Source: Chromera velia (Eukaryota). Taken from it: 46,219 nt of DNA. The DNA lies in assembly GCA_018398765.1 (NCBI GenBank), contig JAHBMJ010000508.1, positions 1 through 46,219 on the forward strand, written 5' to 3'. Shown piece by piece: positions 21,211 to 33,600 of the stretch (position 1 is the stretch's first letter; every line of letters begins with the position of its first letter). A model generated the notes under the pieces. That model ran no database searches. It was not told the DNA's origin and saw nothing but the letters and a program-made list of their open reading frames with translations. The translations under genes and the position numbers were made by a program.

Positions 21211-23697
21211 TCATGATCCTCTCGTCGTCACTTTCCCCCTTTTCTGCGTTTTTCTATTGTGTTCCGTCTCTTTTTTACTCCTGGGCTTTTCTTTTGCCTT
21301 CTTTTCCTGTTCTTTCACCCATGCGCGCTCCCTTTCAAGTGCTTTCTCCATCGCCAACTTCATCCCCAGCAAGTCCCGCATGGTGGATTCCCACATGTCC
21401 ATCAGGCTGCCCCCGGAAGAAGTGCAGCTAGAGGGAATTGGGGCCCTGGACTCCGTCTGAGGGAGGGGGAGGCAGGGGGGTAGACTGTTGAAGAGACCTG
21501 TGGATGAGGTCCTTTCGGGAATGTTGGTTTCTTCTTGGGCCTCTCCATGCTGGTTGTTGGGGATGGTGAACGTTTCTGACTGAAGGATGGAGACGACTCG
21601 ATCTTGGATGAGAGGACAGCAGAGTTTGTGCGTAGACGGACAGGGATAGGGGAGGCGGGGGGGATGAAAGGGAGAGAGGTCTTTTTTGCGGTCCACATAC
21701 AGAAAGTGGCGGGGCCCGGGAATGCCATTCCAGTGTTCGATCTTGCACTGCAGAGAACAGTACACGACAAGCTGGCATCCCTCGCAGAAGACCGCACGCT
21801 CTCTGCAGGAGTTCCCGCAGTGGTCGCAGGAAGACAGCGACCAGCAGCATCTGGAGCGGGGGGTGTCTCCTCCGTTGTTGTCGTTATATAATAATACAGA
21901 GAGGGAAATGGAGGATTCGGAGGCAACGGGGGGGGCGGGGGGCTTTTGGAGGAATGCACTTACTTCGCCTAGTGTAAAGTGGCCATCAGCAAAAGGGGTG
22001 GCTGGATTGATCACGTCGAAAACCCTCTGGTGATCGGACAGGGTCAAGGCTTCGTTGTTGTTCCCCCCCCTGACGGGCTGAGAAGATCTACCTGTGTGAT
22101 TCAATGTGGGTGCAAGGGGAGTCTGCCCGTCTGTCTCCCCCTTCCCCCCACGAGCAAGGCTGCCCTCTCCCTCCTCCCCATCGGCAGGACACAGCGGAGG
22201 AGAACGGGGGACGTGGTGGGTACGTTGACGGATCATGTGAGTATCTACAAACGCCCAGATGTCCTTCAGGGGAAGGTCCGACAGACGCTGTCGTGTTTCG
22301 TTCTCCTTTGAACTGAACCACTCGATCACAAAGCTCTGGGTGAGTGACCCTTCGGTGTGTTTCACAAGGGGGAGCGAGGCTTCGACAGCAAGGATCAGCA
22401 CAGCAAGATACAGACTCCATCTATATATGTCTGTGAGGAAAAAGTCAGCAAGAACATTGAATGAAGAAAAGATGAACTCTTCCAACTTCCAAGTGGCAGT
22501 CGCTTCCTTTTCAATTGCCTGAAACGCCTTCAACGCCTTCATTCCGTCCCTCTGTATCTCTTTGACAACTTTTGGGTTCATGATTGTCATTGCTATTGCT
22601 TTGATTCTGGTCATCAAACCGAAGTGCCCACTGTCCCACACCTCTGTACCAGTGCTCCTGTTATTGAGGGCTTCGTCAAACAAGTTCAGGGCGTCGCTCG
22701 CAGTTTCAAGCGAAGCAAACGCCCTTCTTTGGGCTTCTCTGATCACCGATGGGATGCCAAAGGATTCAAACAGAAACACGTTGGCGCCCCACTGGTCAAT
22801 CGTCCGAACGTGAAACCCCATTTTGGGCCTGTCCTTTCCTTGCCCCTTTCCTTGCCCTTTGATGTCTGCAATCCAAGACGCAGCTCGGAGGAATGTGGTA
22901 AAGTCAATAGGGCCTCTCTCCTTCTCGGAGGCCGTAGGGGGCCCACAGATATTCAGATCGAGGACGAATTGGTTGGGGGCAATCACCTCTCCGAAAAGTT
23001 TGTCGGAACCAAAATGAGCCTGTATCACCTTCAGAAAGCCAATGACGACTTGCAGAAGATGTCCTGACTCGTTTTTGTCGATGGAGTCGTCCAGCATTTC
23101 CGCTGTGTCGCGCATGAACGTTTTGAGAGCCCAGCGGAAAGCACTGCACTTCCAAAGTTGATGACGAAAGCGAGGGGATGCCTCTATGAGGAGCGAGAGG
23201 ATTCGCGCCCCGCAATAGTTCACGAGTCTCTGCTCTGAAAGAAGACCGGGCACAACTGTGCTCCGGGCAGGAGTGCGCTTGAGTGCCTCTGCCATTTGTT
23301 TGGGGATAAAATCTCGGAGGCAGAACATCCACATGACACTGTGGAAGAACCCCTTTACAGTCAGGAGTTCATGTACCAGAGCAGCGGGATTGGGCTCCCC
23401 CCACTTGTGGAGTTCTTCTTCAAAGTCATGGAAGACGCATTCCAATTGATGGTGGACGGCTGCAAACACCTTGCCCATTTTGTCATAGTTCTTCAGACGG
23501 ACTGCAAACTTTGGGTCAGTCACTAGGTGCGCACCCGGGTCTGCCCAAAGCTTCGCCCCTTCCACCGCCCCCAAAGCCACTCTCTCGATGAAAGTCTTCA
23601 GACCCACGATTCGAGTGGCGGCCCTTCGAAGGCCTTCGTAGTTTGTGCCCTTCAGCACCAAGTCGGGGATTATTTTGTCTCCTGCCTTTGCCTCCAT
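21211..23697 (-). CDS. Intronless MYND zinc-finger protein (~828 aa from first in-frame ATG)
   Basis: 850-codon ORF; first in-frame ATG at 23697. CDHCG..VFCEGCQLVVYCSLQCKIEHW...HKLCC is a MYND finger with an insert before the last HxxxC. Lys/Glu-rich tail. Confidence 0.8.
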   Translation of the reverse strand: MEAKAGDKIIPDLVLKGTNYEGLRRAATRIVGLKTFIERVALGAVEGAKLWADPGAHLVTDPKFAVRLKNYDKMGKVFAAVHHQLECVFHDFEEELHKWGEPNPAALVHELLTVKGFFHSVMWMFCLRDFIPKQMAEALKRTPARSTVVPGLLSEQRLVNYCGARILSLLIEASPRFRHQLWKCSAFRWALKTFMRDTAEMLDDSIDKNESGHLLQVVIGFLKVIQAHFGSDKLFGEVIAPNQFVLDLNICGPPTASEKERGPIDFTTFLRAASWIADIKGQGKGQGKDRPKMGFHVRTIDQWGANVFLFESFGIPSVIREAQRRAFASLETASDALNLFDEALNNRSTGTEVWDSGHFGLMTRIKAIAMTIMNPKVVKEIQRDGMKALKAFQAIEKEATATWKLEEFIFSSFNVLADFFLTDIYRWSLYLAVLILAVEASLPLVKHTEGSLTQSFVIEWFSSKENETRQRLSDLPLKDIWAFVDTHMIRQRTHHVPRSPPLCPADGEEGEGSLARGGKGETDGQTPLAPTLNHTGRSSQPVRGGNNNEALTLSDHQRVFDVINPATPFADGHFTLGEVSAFLQKPPAPPVASESSISLSVLLYNDNNGGDTPRSRCCWSLSSCDHCGNSCRERAVFCEGCQLVVYCSLQCKIEHWNGIPGPRHFLYVDRKKDLSPFHPPRLPYPCPSTHKLCCPLIQDRVVSILQSETFTIPNNQHGEAQEETNIPERTSSTGLFNSLPPCLPLPQTESRAPIPSSCTSSGGSLMDMWESTMRDLLGMKLAMEKALERERAWVKEQEKKAKEKPRSKKETEHNRKTQKRGKVTTRGS

Positions 23698-24016
23698 TGT
23701 CTGATTAGTATCTTTCCCTCCACTTGCTTTGCCTGCCGTACAGCTAGGGAGCCGACTCTTCACTCATGTCCGCAGGACGGCTTTACATGCAGCAAAAGTT
23801 TCTCGATCGAGAACACAGAGGAAGCGACCGAAAATGAGTGATCAGTGCACGTAAGCAGGCCTCTGCGTACCACCAGACCTTCTCTCACTGTCGAAATGCC
23901 TCTTTCCTTACTGATCAGTCAGATTGCTGACACTGCATTGCATATATATAAAAATGGAAGAGCAAGATCGACCTGCATGTCAGATCGATCATTCAGCAAA
24001 ATTATATATAATATAG

Positions 24017-24040
24017 TGCATGCATGCATGCATGCATGCA
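24017..24040. promoter_or_regulatory. (TGCA)6 array of overlapping TGCATGCA motifs in a divergent promoter
   Basis: Six tandem TGCA units between the ATGs at 23697(-) and 24528(+). TGCATGCA is a known ApiAP2-bound motif in apicomplexans. Confidence 0.5.
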
Positions 24041-24527
24041 ATCCGACGGTCCTTCTGACAAAAACTTTCCTTTTTTGGCAGGATCGATTATTGCATGGGC
24101 GGGACGGCGCGCATGCACGCGAGAAAGGCCGGCCGGTTGAGAGCGAAAAACTTTTTTTCAAAAACCTAAAAAACTGCATGCACGCTGTCCGTCGAATCGG
24201 CGCCGATCAAAAGATCGACTCAAAAATTTTCTGTTTGTTTGAAAATGGATGGGAACAAACCAGACGAAGGACGCCAGCTTTCGGCGAAGAGGGCAAGTCC
24301 AAGAGATCAAAATTGCGATTTGAAGGGAGTTTGCCAAAGCCGACGCAGACAAGTGTGGTTCGCAGTCCTGAATCATTTCCGAACTCCCGACTTATATATA
24401 TATACATAGACCGTCTCCCGACTCTCCCCATTGCTTGAATCTCCAACAAGTCCCTAGGAAGGAAAGATCGTTGGCCTCCCCTGTTCCAGTCAGACCAGGA
24501 GATCTTCCAGCCACAACTGGAGAGTGT

Positions 24528-26605
24528 ATGTCCGAAGTCGAACCAAGGCAGCCAGCAAGCATGGCCGAGGAGGGTGAACCCGAGCTTCCGGTCAACGAAG
24601 GTAGCGAAGAAGTGCAGAAAAGTGGTACATGCGCATTTCATTCCTCCTATTTGCAAAACCACGCAGTTTTTCCTGTCGACTCCAAGATCCAGGCAGGCAA
24701 GTCCTTCCTCCTGAATCACCTCCGGCCAGCAGTTTCCGGAAGGCCTCGGACAAGATGGCAGCACACCCTCCCAATATTCCAGGGATTTCGGAGGCAGTGC
24801 CCTGATGACTACATATATGCCGATGGGGACGTCAATGCGCCTTTCCGGGGCCAACAATTTCCCGAGGACACCACCCACGCAGGTTCTAGGCCTCGATTGT
24901 GCTATTCAGACTTCTGCAAGTCTGTTGCAAGAAGGCGGCCGAAAGACACAAAATTGCTCTCCACGACCCAGACCCTTCGACTGCCTGAGGCAAGAGGAGT
25001 GGAGAAGGGTTGTCAGACAGAGAGAGAAGTGATGGACGGACTCTCCCTGTCTGCCATTGAAGATCGGACCAGCAAGACTCCTCTACCTCTTTCACAAGCG
25101 GGACCGTCGCGTCTGTCCCTACGAGAGCGAGAGAAGGAAAAGGAGAAACAACTGCCGGAATCCCAAGAGAAGTCCCAGACGGGAAAGCAGAAAAAGCCAC
25201 ACCCGGTCCTGAAGGGTCTTCCCAAACCGAAAGCGCGCCCGTGTCTTCCAAAAGCCACCAACACAGAGAAGGTCGACATGACTCTCCTGCTTCCAGAAGA
25301 CAAACCGAACAGCCGATGCTTCTGGTGTCGTCGTCTGTCGGCATACAGACAAGAACACCAACAGTACGCGCCTGATCCCCCTCCGATGCGCTTTGGATTT
25401 GATGAGCTTGTCCAACTCAAGTTTCCAGATCCAAAGTCAGCCCCGCCAGAGTGTTTGTTGTGTTCTCTCCTCATCGAATATCTTTTTCTTGAATTTTATT
25501 CACTCTTTGAGGAACGAACCCAAATTTTTAATCCCAAGTTCAGACGGACATCCAAACTCACGGGCTGCCACAGTCTCTTTCCTGAACGCTTTTTCATGTT
25601 TCATTGGAGGTCTCCGAAGGAAACAAGGACGCTGCATGACTGCCTCCATAATGACTGCTTCCATAGTGACTTCATCAATGGCCTTCCTTAGTGGATTCTG
25701 CTCCCGCTGGCAGTCGTTCACGGTGCGATGGATTCATTCTGATGTTTTTTTCTCTGCATGGCTCTCTGTGCTTCTCTATGTACTGTTTCCATTTACCCAA
25801 TTGCAAAGTCCGGGCTCCACGCAACCCAACTCCCACCCAAAAAGCAACACCTCACCCACCCACTTCGGAGCCCACAACCAGTCTCATTGCGGGAATAACG
25901 GTTCCGTGACCCCTTCCTCTCTTTCCTTCCTGTGTAACTTTGCAGAGTGAAGATGGGAAACATGACCTTCGTCTCTGCCCGAGGACCCCTGCCAAAGGGG
26001 GGGGCCAGCTCATCCCTCATGAAGAGAAGCGCATCGGAGACCGTCTGCAGACCTGACTGGCAACCTGCCGCCGAGAGTCAGTAAGCCAGGCAGACAGGCA
26101 ATCCATCCATACGTCAGGAAGCTCCCACAGTCAGACAGACAGATAGGCAGGCAGGCAGGCAGGCACGCACTCAGGCGGTATGGAGGTTCGAGAGAGCATG
26201 CGAGACATTCAGCCGTTCAGGCGGCATCAGACACCATTGAGGTAGAGTGCGAGTTCGAGAGTCCGGCGTTCGCGTAGACAGACTAATAGACAAAGAGACA
26301 AACAGACAGACACAGATTGAGTCATTCAGTCCGTTTGAGGAGATGGCCGGATCAGCAGAAAACTCAAACGCAAACAATACCGGAGGGAAGAGAGGAAAAA
26401 AGTGTTAGAGCCTCTGCAAACAAGAAAACCATACCAGAAAAATCGTTTCACTAATGTGTCGGGCTTCACCAATTGAAATGTGCACACACAAGCCGCTTGA
26501 GTGGCAGACCCTTCAGAGAGGTCCCGTCACTCCGCAATCAACGAATGAAGAGACCAGAGCGGGGTCTGAGGCTTCGCTTAGTGTCATGAAATGCTTGAAG
26601 GCGTT

Positions 26606-26651
<46 letters not shown>

Positions 26652-27582
26652 CGTCAACATGCTGCATGCAGCGATCGTCAAGCGAGCTAAGCCCGCGTTG
26701 CTGAGAGACAAAGAGGTCTGCAAACAAAGGACGAGCTTGCTTGTGTTTCCGAAGCCTGGTAGTGCACTCTTAGATCCATTGCTTGACTCATGCCCCCTTT
26801 GCTGACCCTTCGTTTCTCTCCTCTCCTCTCCTGCTTTCTCTTTTTTGAGAACCTCGAGGGAAGCAGATGAAGAAGCACACAAGTATCTCTGCTTCACTTC
26901 ACTCTGCTCTGCTCTGCTCTGCTCTCATTTGATTGTGTTTGTGCTCTTTTGTCCTGTACCTGACATCCCTTATTTTGTATCTTCCTTTCCTTTGACTCTC
27001 TTCTTCTGAAAATTCCCTCCGATCCCCGCAGCTGTCTCTGCGGTTTTTGGAGATTCTGGACCTCTGCTCAGAGGCGCACGTGGGGGTCCAACAAGTCTAC
27101 ACGGTGTGTCAGGGGTGGAGTGTAGTTGTGACGGGGAGGGTGGAAGTAGGGGGAGGCTGTGGAGATGATGAGGGTTGTCTCCGGAGCCGGGAAGATGGCA
27201 GCAGCACGACAGCCAGGCAAGAACAATCAGATTGTCGTCTCTCTCGGCAGTCTGTATGTGTGCGAAGTCCAAAGAGGCAGAACGATTCATCACTTGTCTT
27301 GAAAACAAGGGAAGGACAGTTTGTTTCTCTGCATGTTTCCTTCTCAGCGTCACAGAACAGCGTACGGACATGCTATGAATAACAGAGCATTTGAACACTT
27401 TTTGATTTGTTCCGTTGAGTGCCACAGGACATCACGAAGAAGCAGAAGCGGCTGGAGAGAATGATCAACCCGTTGTCGGAAAAACTGGAGGTCATGTGCG
27501 GTATGAATGACCTCGGAATGGTCAGTCAGTCACATTGTGTGTCAGTCAGTCAATCAGTCAGTCAGTCAGTCAGTCAGTCAGT

Positions 27583-27630
<48 letters not shown>

Positions 27631-28674
27631 TTCAGGCAGGCAGGCAGGTTCAGGCAGGCAGGCAGGCAGGCAGGCAGGTTGATGGTCAAAAAAGTAAATC
27701 GGACGCTGCCGATACACCAAGAAAGCAAATCAGTGCGTCATATCACATGGCCAAGTCATTGAATGAGAGAGTCAGTGTGCGAGTCTGCCCCCTCTCTCAC
27801 TTGTGCGTCTTGTCATGGCATGAAACAAAACGATCGACATTTGGCTCTCTGTTTTTTGTTTTTGTTTGTAGCCCAAACTGTCTGCATGCATGCAGAGTTT
27901 GGTTTGTTTGCTTCTTCTCGGGATCATTACATTCACGAATTCCTCTAGGGATCACCAGCAGGTAGTGTATGCGTATTGGAAATGTGCATGATTTCCTCTT
28001 GCATGATTCTTCCCATGCTCTTTTTGCGTGCTGTTGCAGAACAAGAAGGACTTTGAGGCGCACATCGACAGCGTTGTGCAGCAGAAGCACACTCTGCACG
28101 TCAGTGAAGGAGGAAAGGCTGTATATTTGAATTATATGTGAATGAAATAAGGCGTTTACTCTTCCACCTGGGATTCTTTTCTGCCTTCGGACATGTTTGT
28201 CGGAACGTTTTTTCTGGCTCTAGCTTCATGCACGGCTAGGTTTTCGTTGGGGTCTGTCTGATGCTTCTGTTCAGTCAGTCAGTCAGTCAGTCAGGCAGGC
28301 AGGCAGGCAGGCAGGCAGCTTTTTTTGAAACCGTTCTGTTCCTCCTAGTACAGGCTGACTCACCCTCTTTCTCTCGAATCCCGCTTCATCTTGGGGTTGC
28401 ACCTGCCATTCCTTGATTCCCTTCTGTTCCTGTGTTTCTTCGTGGCGTCTCTGTCCCCTCGTCTGAAGGAATGGCTCATGCATGTTGTGTCAATGGGACC
28501 TTCTGTGGTCACACGTGAACATCTGGGCCATGTGAAATCCTCTGTCTCCCCTTTCTTCTTTGCGTGTGTGCGTGCCTGTCTGAGGGGATGCATACCTACC
28601 TGCAGCGTCAAGTCCTCGAGGAGCTGCTCCACTTCGCCCAGGTCTCCCGGCTCGCAAGGCCCTCAATCAGGTAA
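24528..28674 (+). CDS. Multi-exon hypothetical protein; the middle junction is unresolved and this may be two genes
   Basis: Exon 24528-25435 (GTCAGC donor) joins in phase with 25946-~26076. Four phase-0 exons 27032-27103, 27428-27520, 28040-28099 and 28606-28674 splice to LSLRFLEILD..VYT|DITKKQKRLE..LGM|NKKDFEAHID..TLH|RQVLEELL..SIR*. Confidence 0.5.
27521..27678. repeat. (CAGT)n-(CAGG)n microsatellite at an intron 5' end
   Basis: Direct reading; a similar tract lies at 28271-28318. Confidence 0.95.
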
Positions 28675-29523
28675 TCAATCAAACGGGCAGGCGTCACACG
28701 TCTTAATTTTCTGTAGTTCCGCTGTAGTCGAAGTTGTTACCTCTCGGAATGCCGTATTTCAGATGGCTGAGGAAGGCATGGCTCAATTGGATGGCGTTTT
28801 TGCAACTTCAGCGCTGCAGCGTGAAGGCTCTTGTGTCTGCATGAATGAATGAATTCAACCCGGAGTGAGTCCTGTCAGTGCCGGAATCTGCGGCAGCGTC
28901 TGTCTAGCGTTGCTTGTGGCAGTGCGTTTTCAGATGCTCATCTGTGCTTGTCTGAGTGTTTGCAGGGGGACGGTTCCGTTGCGAAAATGGCCGGATGTAG
29001 GAGGGGATCTCAATCTGCATCTCAATCCAATCAAATGAACTTCATTCTGTGTTGGCAAAAGAGATGGGGCCCACGCCAGGGGTTGAATATCTTTTCTGTT
29101 GACCTGTCGCATTGGTTTCTATTCGAATCAAATCAGTGGAACTCAAAGTGGTACAATGGGACCTAATAGGACCGAATAATTGAATAAAGATAGAAACAAG
29201 GAGTGAATGTTTTATTATGTGACCAGCTTTTCAGCCGGCTGGTGATAGACATTAAAAAAGAGTTTTAACACATCAAAATGAAATTAATTATAACAATAAT
29301 TATAAGTAGTTTAAGTTATCCTAGATCATTGTGTTTGTATTGTTATAATTTATTAAAGTGATTTAATCCAAATCTAAATCCAGATCTTCCGGCAGTACTA
29401 GCTAGTTCTAGAGCTAGTTTGTTAACTGGGAGCTTGAGTTATTTAGCTAGGGAGCGTAATACTTAATTTAATTAATGTTGCATGTTTTTTTAAACATTAT
29501 TTTTTATCATTTTATATTTTTCA

Positions 29524-30003
29524 CCTCCCTGCATGACACTACAAGCCACTTGAAAGTAGAACGTTCAAGCTCATCCGCATCAGCGGCATGGCTGATCAAG
29601 TCCATCCGCGTCTGCGGTATGGCCGATCAAGTCGTTCGCAAAGGCGACTTAGGATGCAGCTGTTAGCAGCGCCGCGGCCCGTGTAAGGTGATTGAAAGAG
29701 AATGGAGGAGACCATTAATAGTCTGTATTACAAACCGTTATAAACACAGAAGTTCAATTTCATTCATTTTTAATGATTATAACTTAAGACAGGTAAGGAA
29801 CGGTTCATTATAATAAGTAAGGGAGAGGTGGCTCAGGGAGAGGCGGCTAGCTAAGACTTTCAAAATATAGTTCGCGCATGCGGCACAGATTTTCAAGACA
29901 TGGTCCGCGCCTACGGCGCAGACCTTCAGGACATAGTGCGCGGACTTTTAAGTCAATCCGCCAGAGCGAAAAAAAATTTAAGTGGCTTGTAGTGTCAGGG
30001 AGG
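29524..30003. mobile_element. MITE copy 1 (TIR CCTCCCTGACACTACAAGCCACTT)
   Basis: Inverted termini at 29524-29551 (with a 4-nt CATG insert) and 29980-30003. TA on the right flank, CA on the left. Degenerate 33-bp repeats at 29856-29952. Confidence 0.75.
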
Positions 30004-30608
30004 TAATATTTTAAAAATCGCGTACGTGAATCGAAGTTCTTGAACACATCAGAATACATCAAAATATACTAAATTCTTGTTTATTTTTTCAATTCTTTAA
30101 AAATAAAATTCAGAAAAAAACGTTGGCAATACATAGATTTAGCTATTGTTGATCAATTATGCATGATCGATTGATTCATTGATCAATGCCAATTAACCTC
30201 TAGGTGCACTTTGAAATCCTGCCAGTCTCCTGGTAGAACGTGGCCGGGTGCCGGCGCGCGCGCGACCCCGCCGCCGGCCCTTGCCGCCCCCGCTCCCGCC
30301 CCGCGGGAGCTGCATGCGTTCCGAGTTATCAGCTCGCATACGGATTGTGAAAGTGAAATGTAGAAATCCACCCTGTCTCCACTGGGCGGTTTCGACATGA
30401 GGTCCTTCATCTTCATGTAGTCTATGTGATGCTTCGCACTGAGGAATCTGCGGCCCCATGCGTGTGGCAAAAGCCGGGAAGGATCGACAGCTGTAGAGCT
30501 TTCCAAGAGCCGGCCGATCTTTTGAGTTTCGTTTCCGTTTTCTTGAAACCCGAGACGCGTTCCTCAATTCTCAAGTCGAGATTCCAGATTTCTTTGATCT
30601 TTCACGTA

Positions 30609-33600
30609 ATGGCGCAAGTAGTCATTTCCGGCCTGAAAGGCAGAACAGACCTCAACGGTTTTGTAGGCTCTGTTGTGGAAGTGCTCGAGAACGGGCGCAG
30701 CAAAGTTAGCATTGATGAGCAGGGGCAGGTGGAGCAAGTGGCCGTGAAGCCGGAGAATTTCTCGCCTTTCGGTGCGGTGTCGGAACGCGTTTCTCCCAGC
30801 ACGTTCAAGGATGCCCTCTCTCGGGCTCATCCTAATTGTCGTCTCCTCCTAGAGGCGGGTGTGTACGAGGGTCCCTTCTCTGTAGAGACCCCCCTTGTCA
30901 TTGAAGGAGACGGAGACGGCGTAGTCTTGACCGCACCAAGTGCGAACCAACCCGTCATCACCATTTGCACGCCTGTGCGAGTCTCTTTGAAGTCCCTTTC
31001 TGTGCACGTGGGTGTGCCCTCAGCCAGCATTCATGCTCTTTCCGTTGTCAGCGGGTTCGCAGACGTTGAAAACTGCAAGTTCTCTTCAGCATGCCCAATG
31101 CCTGTAGTGTTGGCTGGAAACCCTACCAGTCGCCTCTTCATGTCGAATTGCCGTCTGGAAGGCGGGGGTGCGGGGGGCTTGCTAGCCACCACCCGGGCAC
31201 GGGTGAGAGCAGAGAAGACAACAATTTCGAAATGCAAGGCCGGGGGGTTGGAGGTGCGAGAGGGTGCGTTTGTCGAACTTATTCAGTCCCGCATAGCAGA
31301 GAATGGCAGGCAGGGAGTTCTCTGCTGGTGTGAGGGAGGGGGGGTCTCCCTGAGGGGTTGTGAGGTGACTGGGCACTCTCAGAAAAGCGCGATTTTGAGT
31401 TCTGCAGGCGAGGTGAGAGTCTCGAAGTGTCGAGTGCACAGAAACCTGCGGGGTGTTGTGGTGCAAGACTGCGGGTCGTTGGTCTTAGAGGACTCCCAAG
31501 TGTCCCACCACGAAGGTGAGGGGGTGTTGTTGCAGGGAGGGTCCCGTTCTAAGGCAGTGGTCAGACAGAACAGATGCTTTAGGAACGGGACCCAGGGGGT
31601 TTTTGTCGGTTATTCCCACACAGGTTCTGCCGATGTGAGGAACAACGAATGTTCAGACAACGGTTCGGACGGAGTGTTCAACGGTGCATCGATGTCAGGG
31701 AAGGTGGTGATTGAAGAGAATGGGGGGACGGGTAATCAAAGAGCCATGAAGAATCCACAACTGGTTCTAGAGAAGCAGAAAAGAATGATGGAGGCGATGC
31801 AGAAACAGCAACAGATGAACCCCGAGCAAGCAAGACGTGCGGAGTTGGTAGGGTCAAAGAATTTGGAAAAAATGGGGGGTGCGGCTGTAATTTCGGCTGC
31901 GCATGGTGATTCGCTTGTCGATGGTGAAAAGATACTGAATGTCGCGAGGAGTGTGGGTGGTTTCGCTGCCCGCAAGTGTGCAAAATGCGGGAATGAGGGA
32001 GGGAACGGGGGTTTGAAGGAGGGGGCTGACTCTGAAGGAGAGGGTGAGGGGGGAAGGGGAAGGGAACGCAGTCACTACAGGCTTGTTCTCAGTGCAAGGT
32101 TGTGTACTACTGTTCAAAGGAGTGTCAGAAGGCAGATTGGAAGGAGCATAAGAAGGAGTGTAAGAAGCTCGCTGATTTCGCCTCTTTCGGCAACATAGGA
32201 AAGGACGTGCGAGAACATGCTCCCGAGAGAGATGCATCCATCCCTGTTGACGTCATCACTCAGGGTGCTGCTGAGGGAGATCCGACGTGTCTCCTGAAGC
32301 GAGCTGAGATGCTCATCGAAGCGAGAGACTTTACGAGAGCGGCAGATGCTCTTCAGAGGCTGCTGGGGGCCTCCACCGGCAGTGGCGCTCAGAGAGCAGG
32401 AATCAGAGATCAGCCCCCTCGCTCTAGCAGCAGCAGCACAGCGGCGGTTGTCTCACCCCCATCAGAAGTGGTGCAGTGCGCCCAGATTTATCTGGGGCGG
32501 ATGTATTTCAAGGGGGATGGGGTTGAGAAGGATTTGTCTCAGGCAGAGACTCTGCTTGTAGAGGCGGCAGGGGGGCCCTCGGCCGTTGATCCCGAGATGG
32601 AGAAGGAGGCAAAGAAGAAAAAGAAGAAGAACAAAAAGGGAAAGGAGGGTCCAGCAGATGCATTTGCCCATTTGGGTAACCTCCACATAGAAGCTGCCAT
32701 ATCTACTGAAATGGAAAAAGAGAGAGAGAGACGGAGGGGGTTGGCGATTTTTTGTTGGGAGAAGGCGAAGCGAATTGACAAAAGCATCTCTGATAGAGTG
32801 AAGGAGCTCCCTCCCGACGCCATAGATTGGCCGAAAGCTGAGAGAGAAGCTTTGACAGCTTTCTTTTCGGGCAGCGCTTGTCTGTCCAAACTGTTTTCGG
32901 TCTTCGACTCAACCGACCAGCATGAATCGAATGAAACCACACGAGATGCAAACAGCGCGAGTGCTTCCGCTTCTTCCAGGGGGCCTGCGCAGGGTCGCAA
33001 AGGGGCGGGGGCGGCAGCAGGTTCTGCTGCAGAGGGAGGGGATTTGCAGGCGCTTTTGAGGCTTTCAGAGCTCCAAGCATCTTCGAAGGTCCCTCCGACT
33101 TCGGACACTCAGGTCGATTTGGACACAAAGGTTGCGAGGATTGCCGCGATGCGACGTGCAGTAGACTCAGATGTACGGGATGAGATGGTTGAATGCAGGT
33201 CAGTGTATACACACCGCATTCTTTCTAGAATCGGGAATTTGACCAAAAGGATAGTCTCCTTCCATTTGCCTTTTTGTGTCATGACAGTGGCCCGTCGTCC
33301 CGTTTTTCAGCTTCTGCGCTTCTTGTCCTCTCTGCCTCTGCGGTGCCTCTTACCTTTCATTCTTATGTCTTCTTGTCCTCCTATCCCGGTCCTTTCGTTC
33401 CCTTCTTCCTTCTGTGTCTTCCTGGTTCGTTATCTCTCCAAGAAAGAAGCTCCCCATTTCTCAGACTTTCTTTTTCCCGTTGTTTCTCTCTTCATGCTTG
33501 ATCGTAAGCTCGGTTGGCCCACTTGCTTGCATCAGCACTTTTCTGAACTAGGTGAAAACGTGCTAGAGTCTTCATGTAAGAAGACATGTTTCTGCAGTTT

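Noticed and set aside
27949..27961. 13-nt micro-exon GGATCACCAGCAG
   Set aside because: Including it shifts the next exon into a stop; the flanking exons join cleanly in phase 0 without it.
32044..32080. Mini-intron (GTGAGG..CAG) explaining the MYND frameshift
   Set aside because: Candidate lengths of 28 and 37 nt are 3n+1; 3n+2 is needed to reach the CSQCKVVYYC frame.
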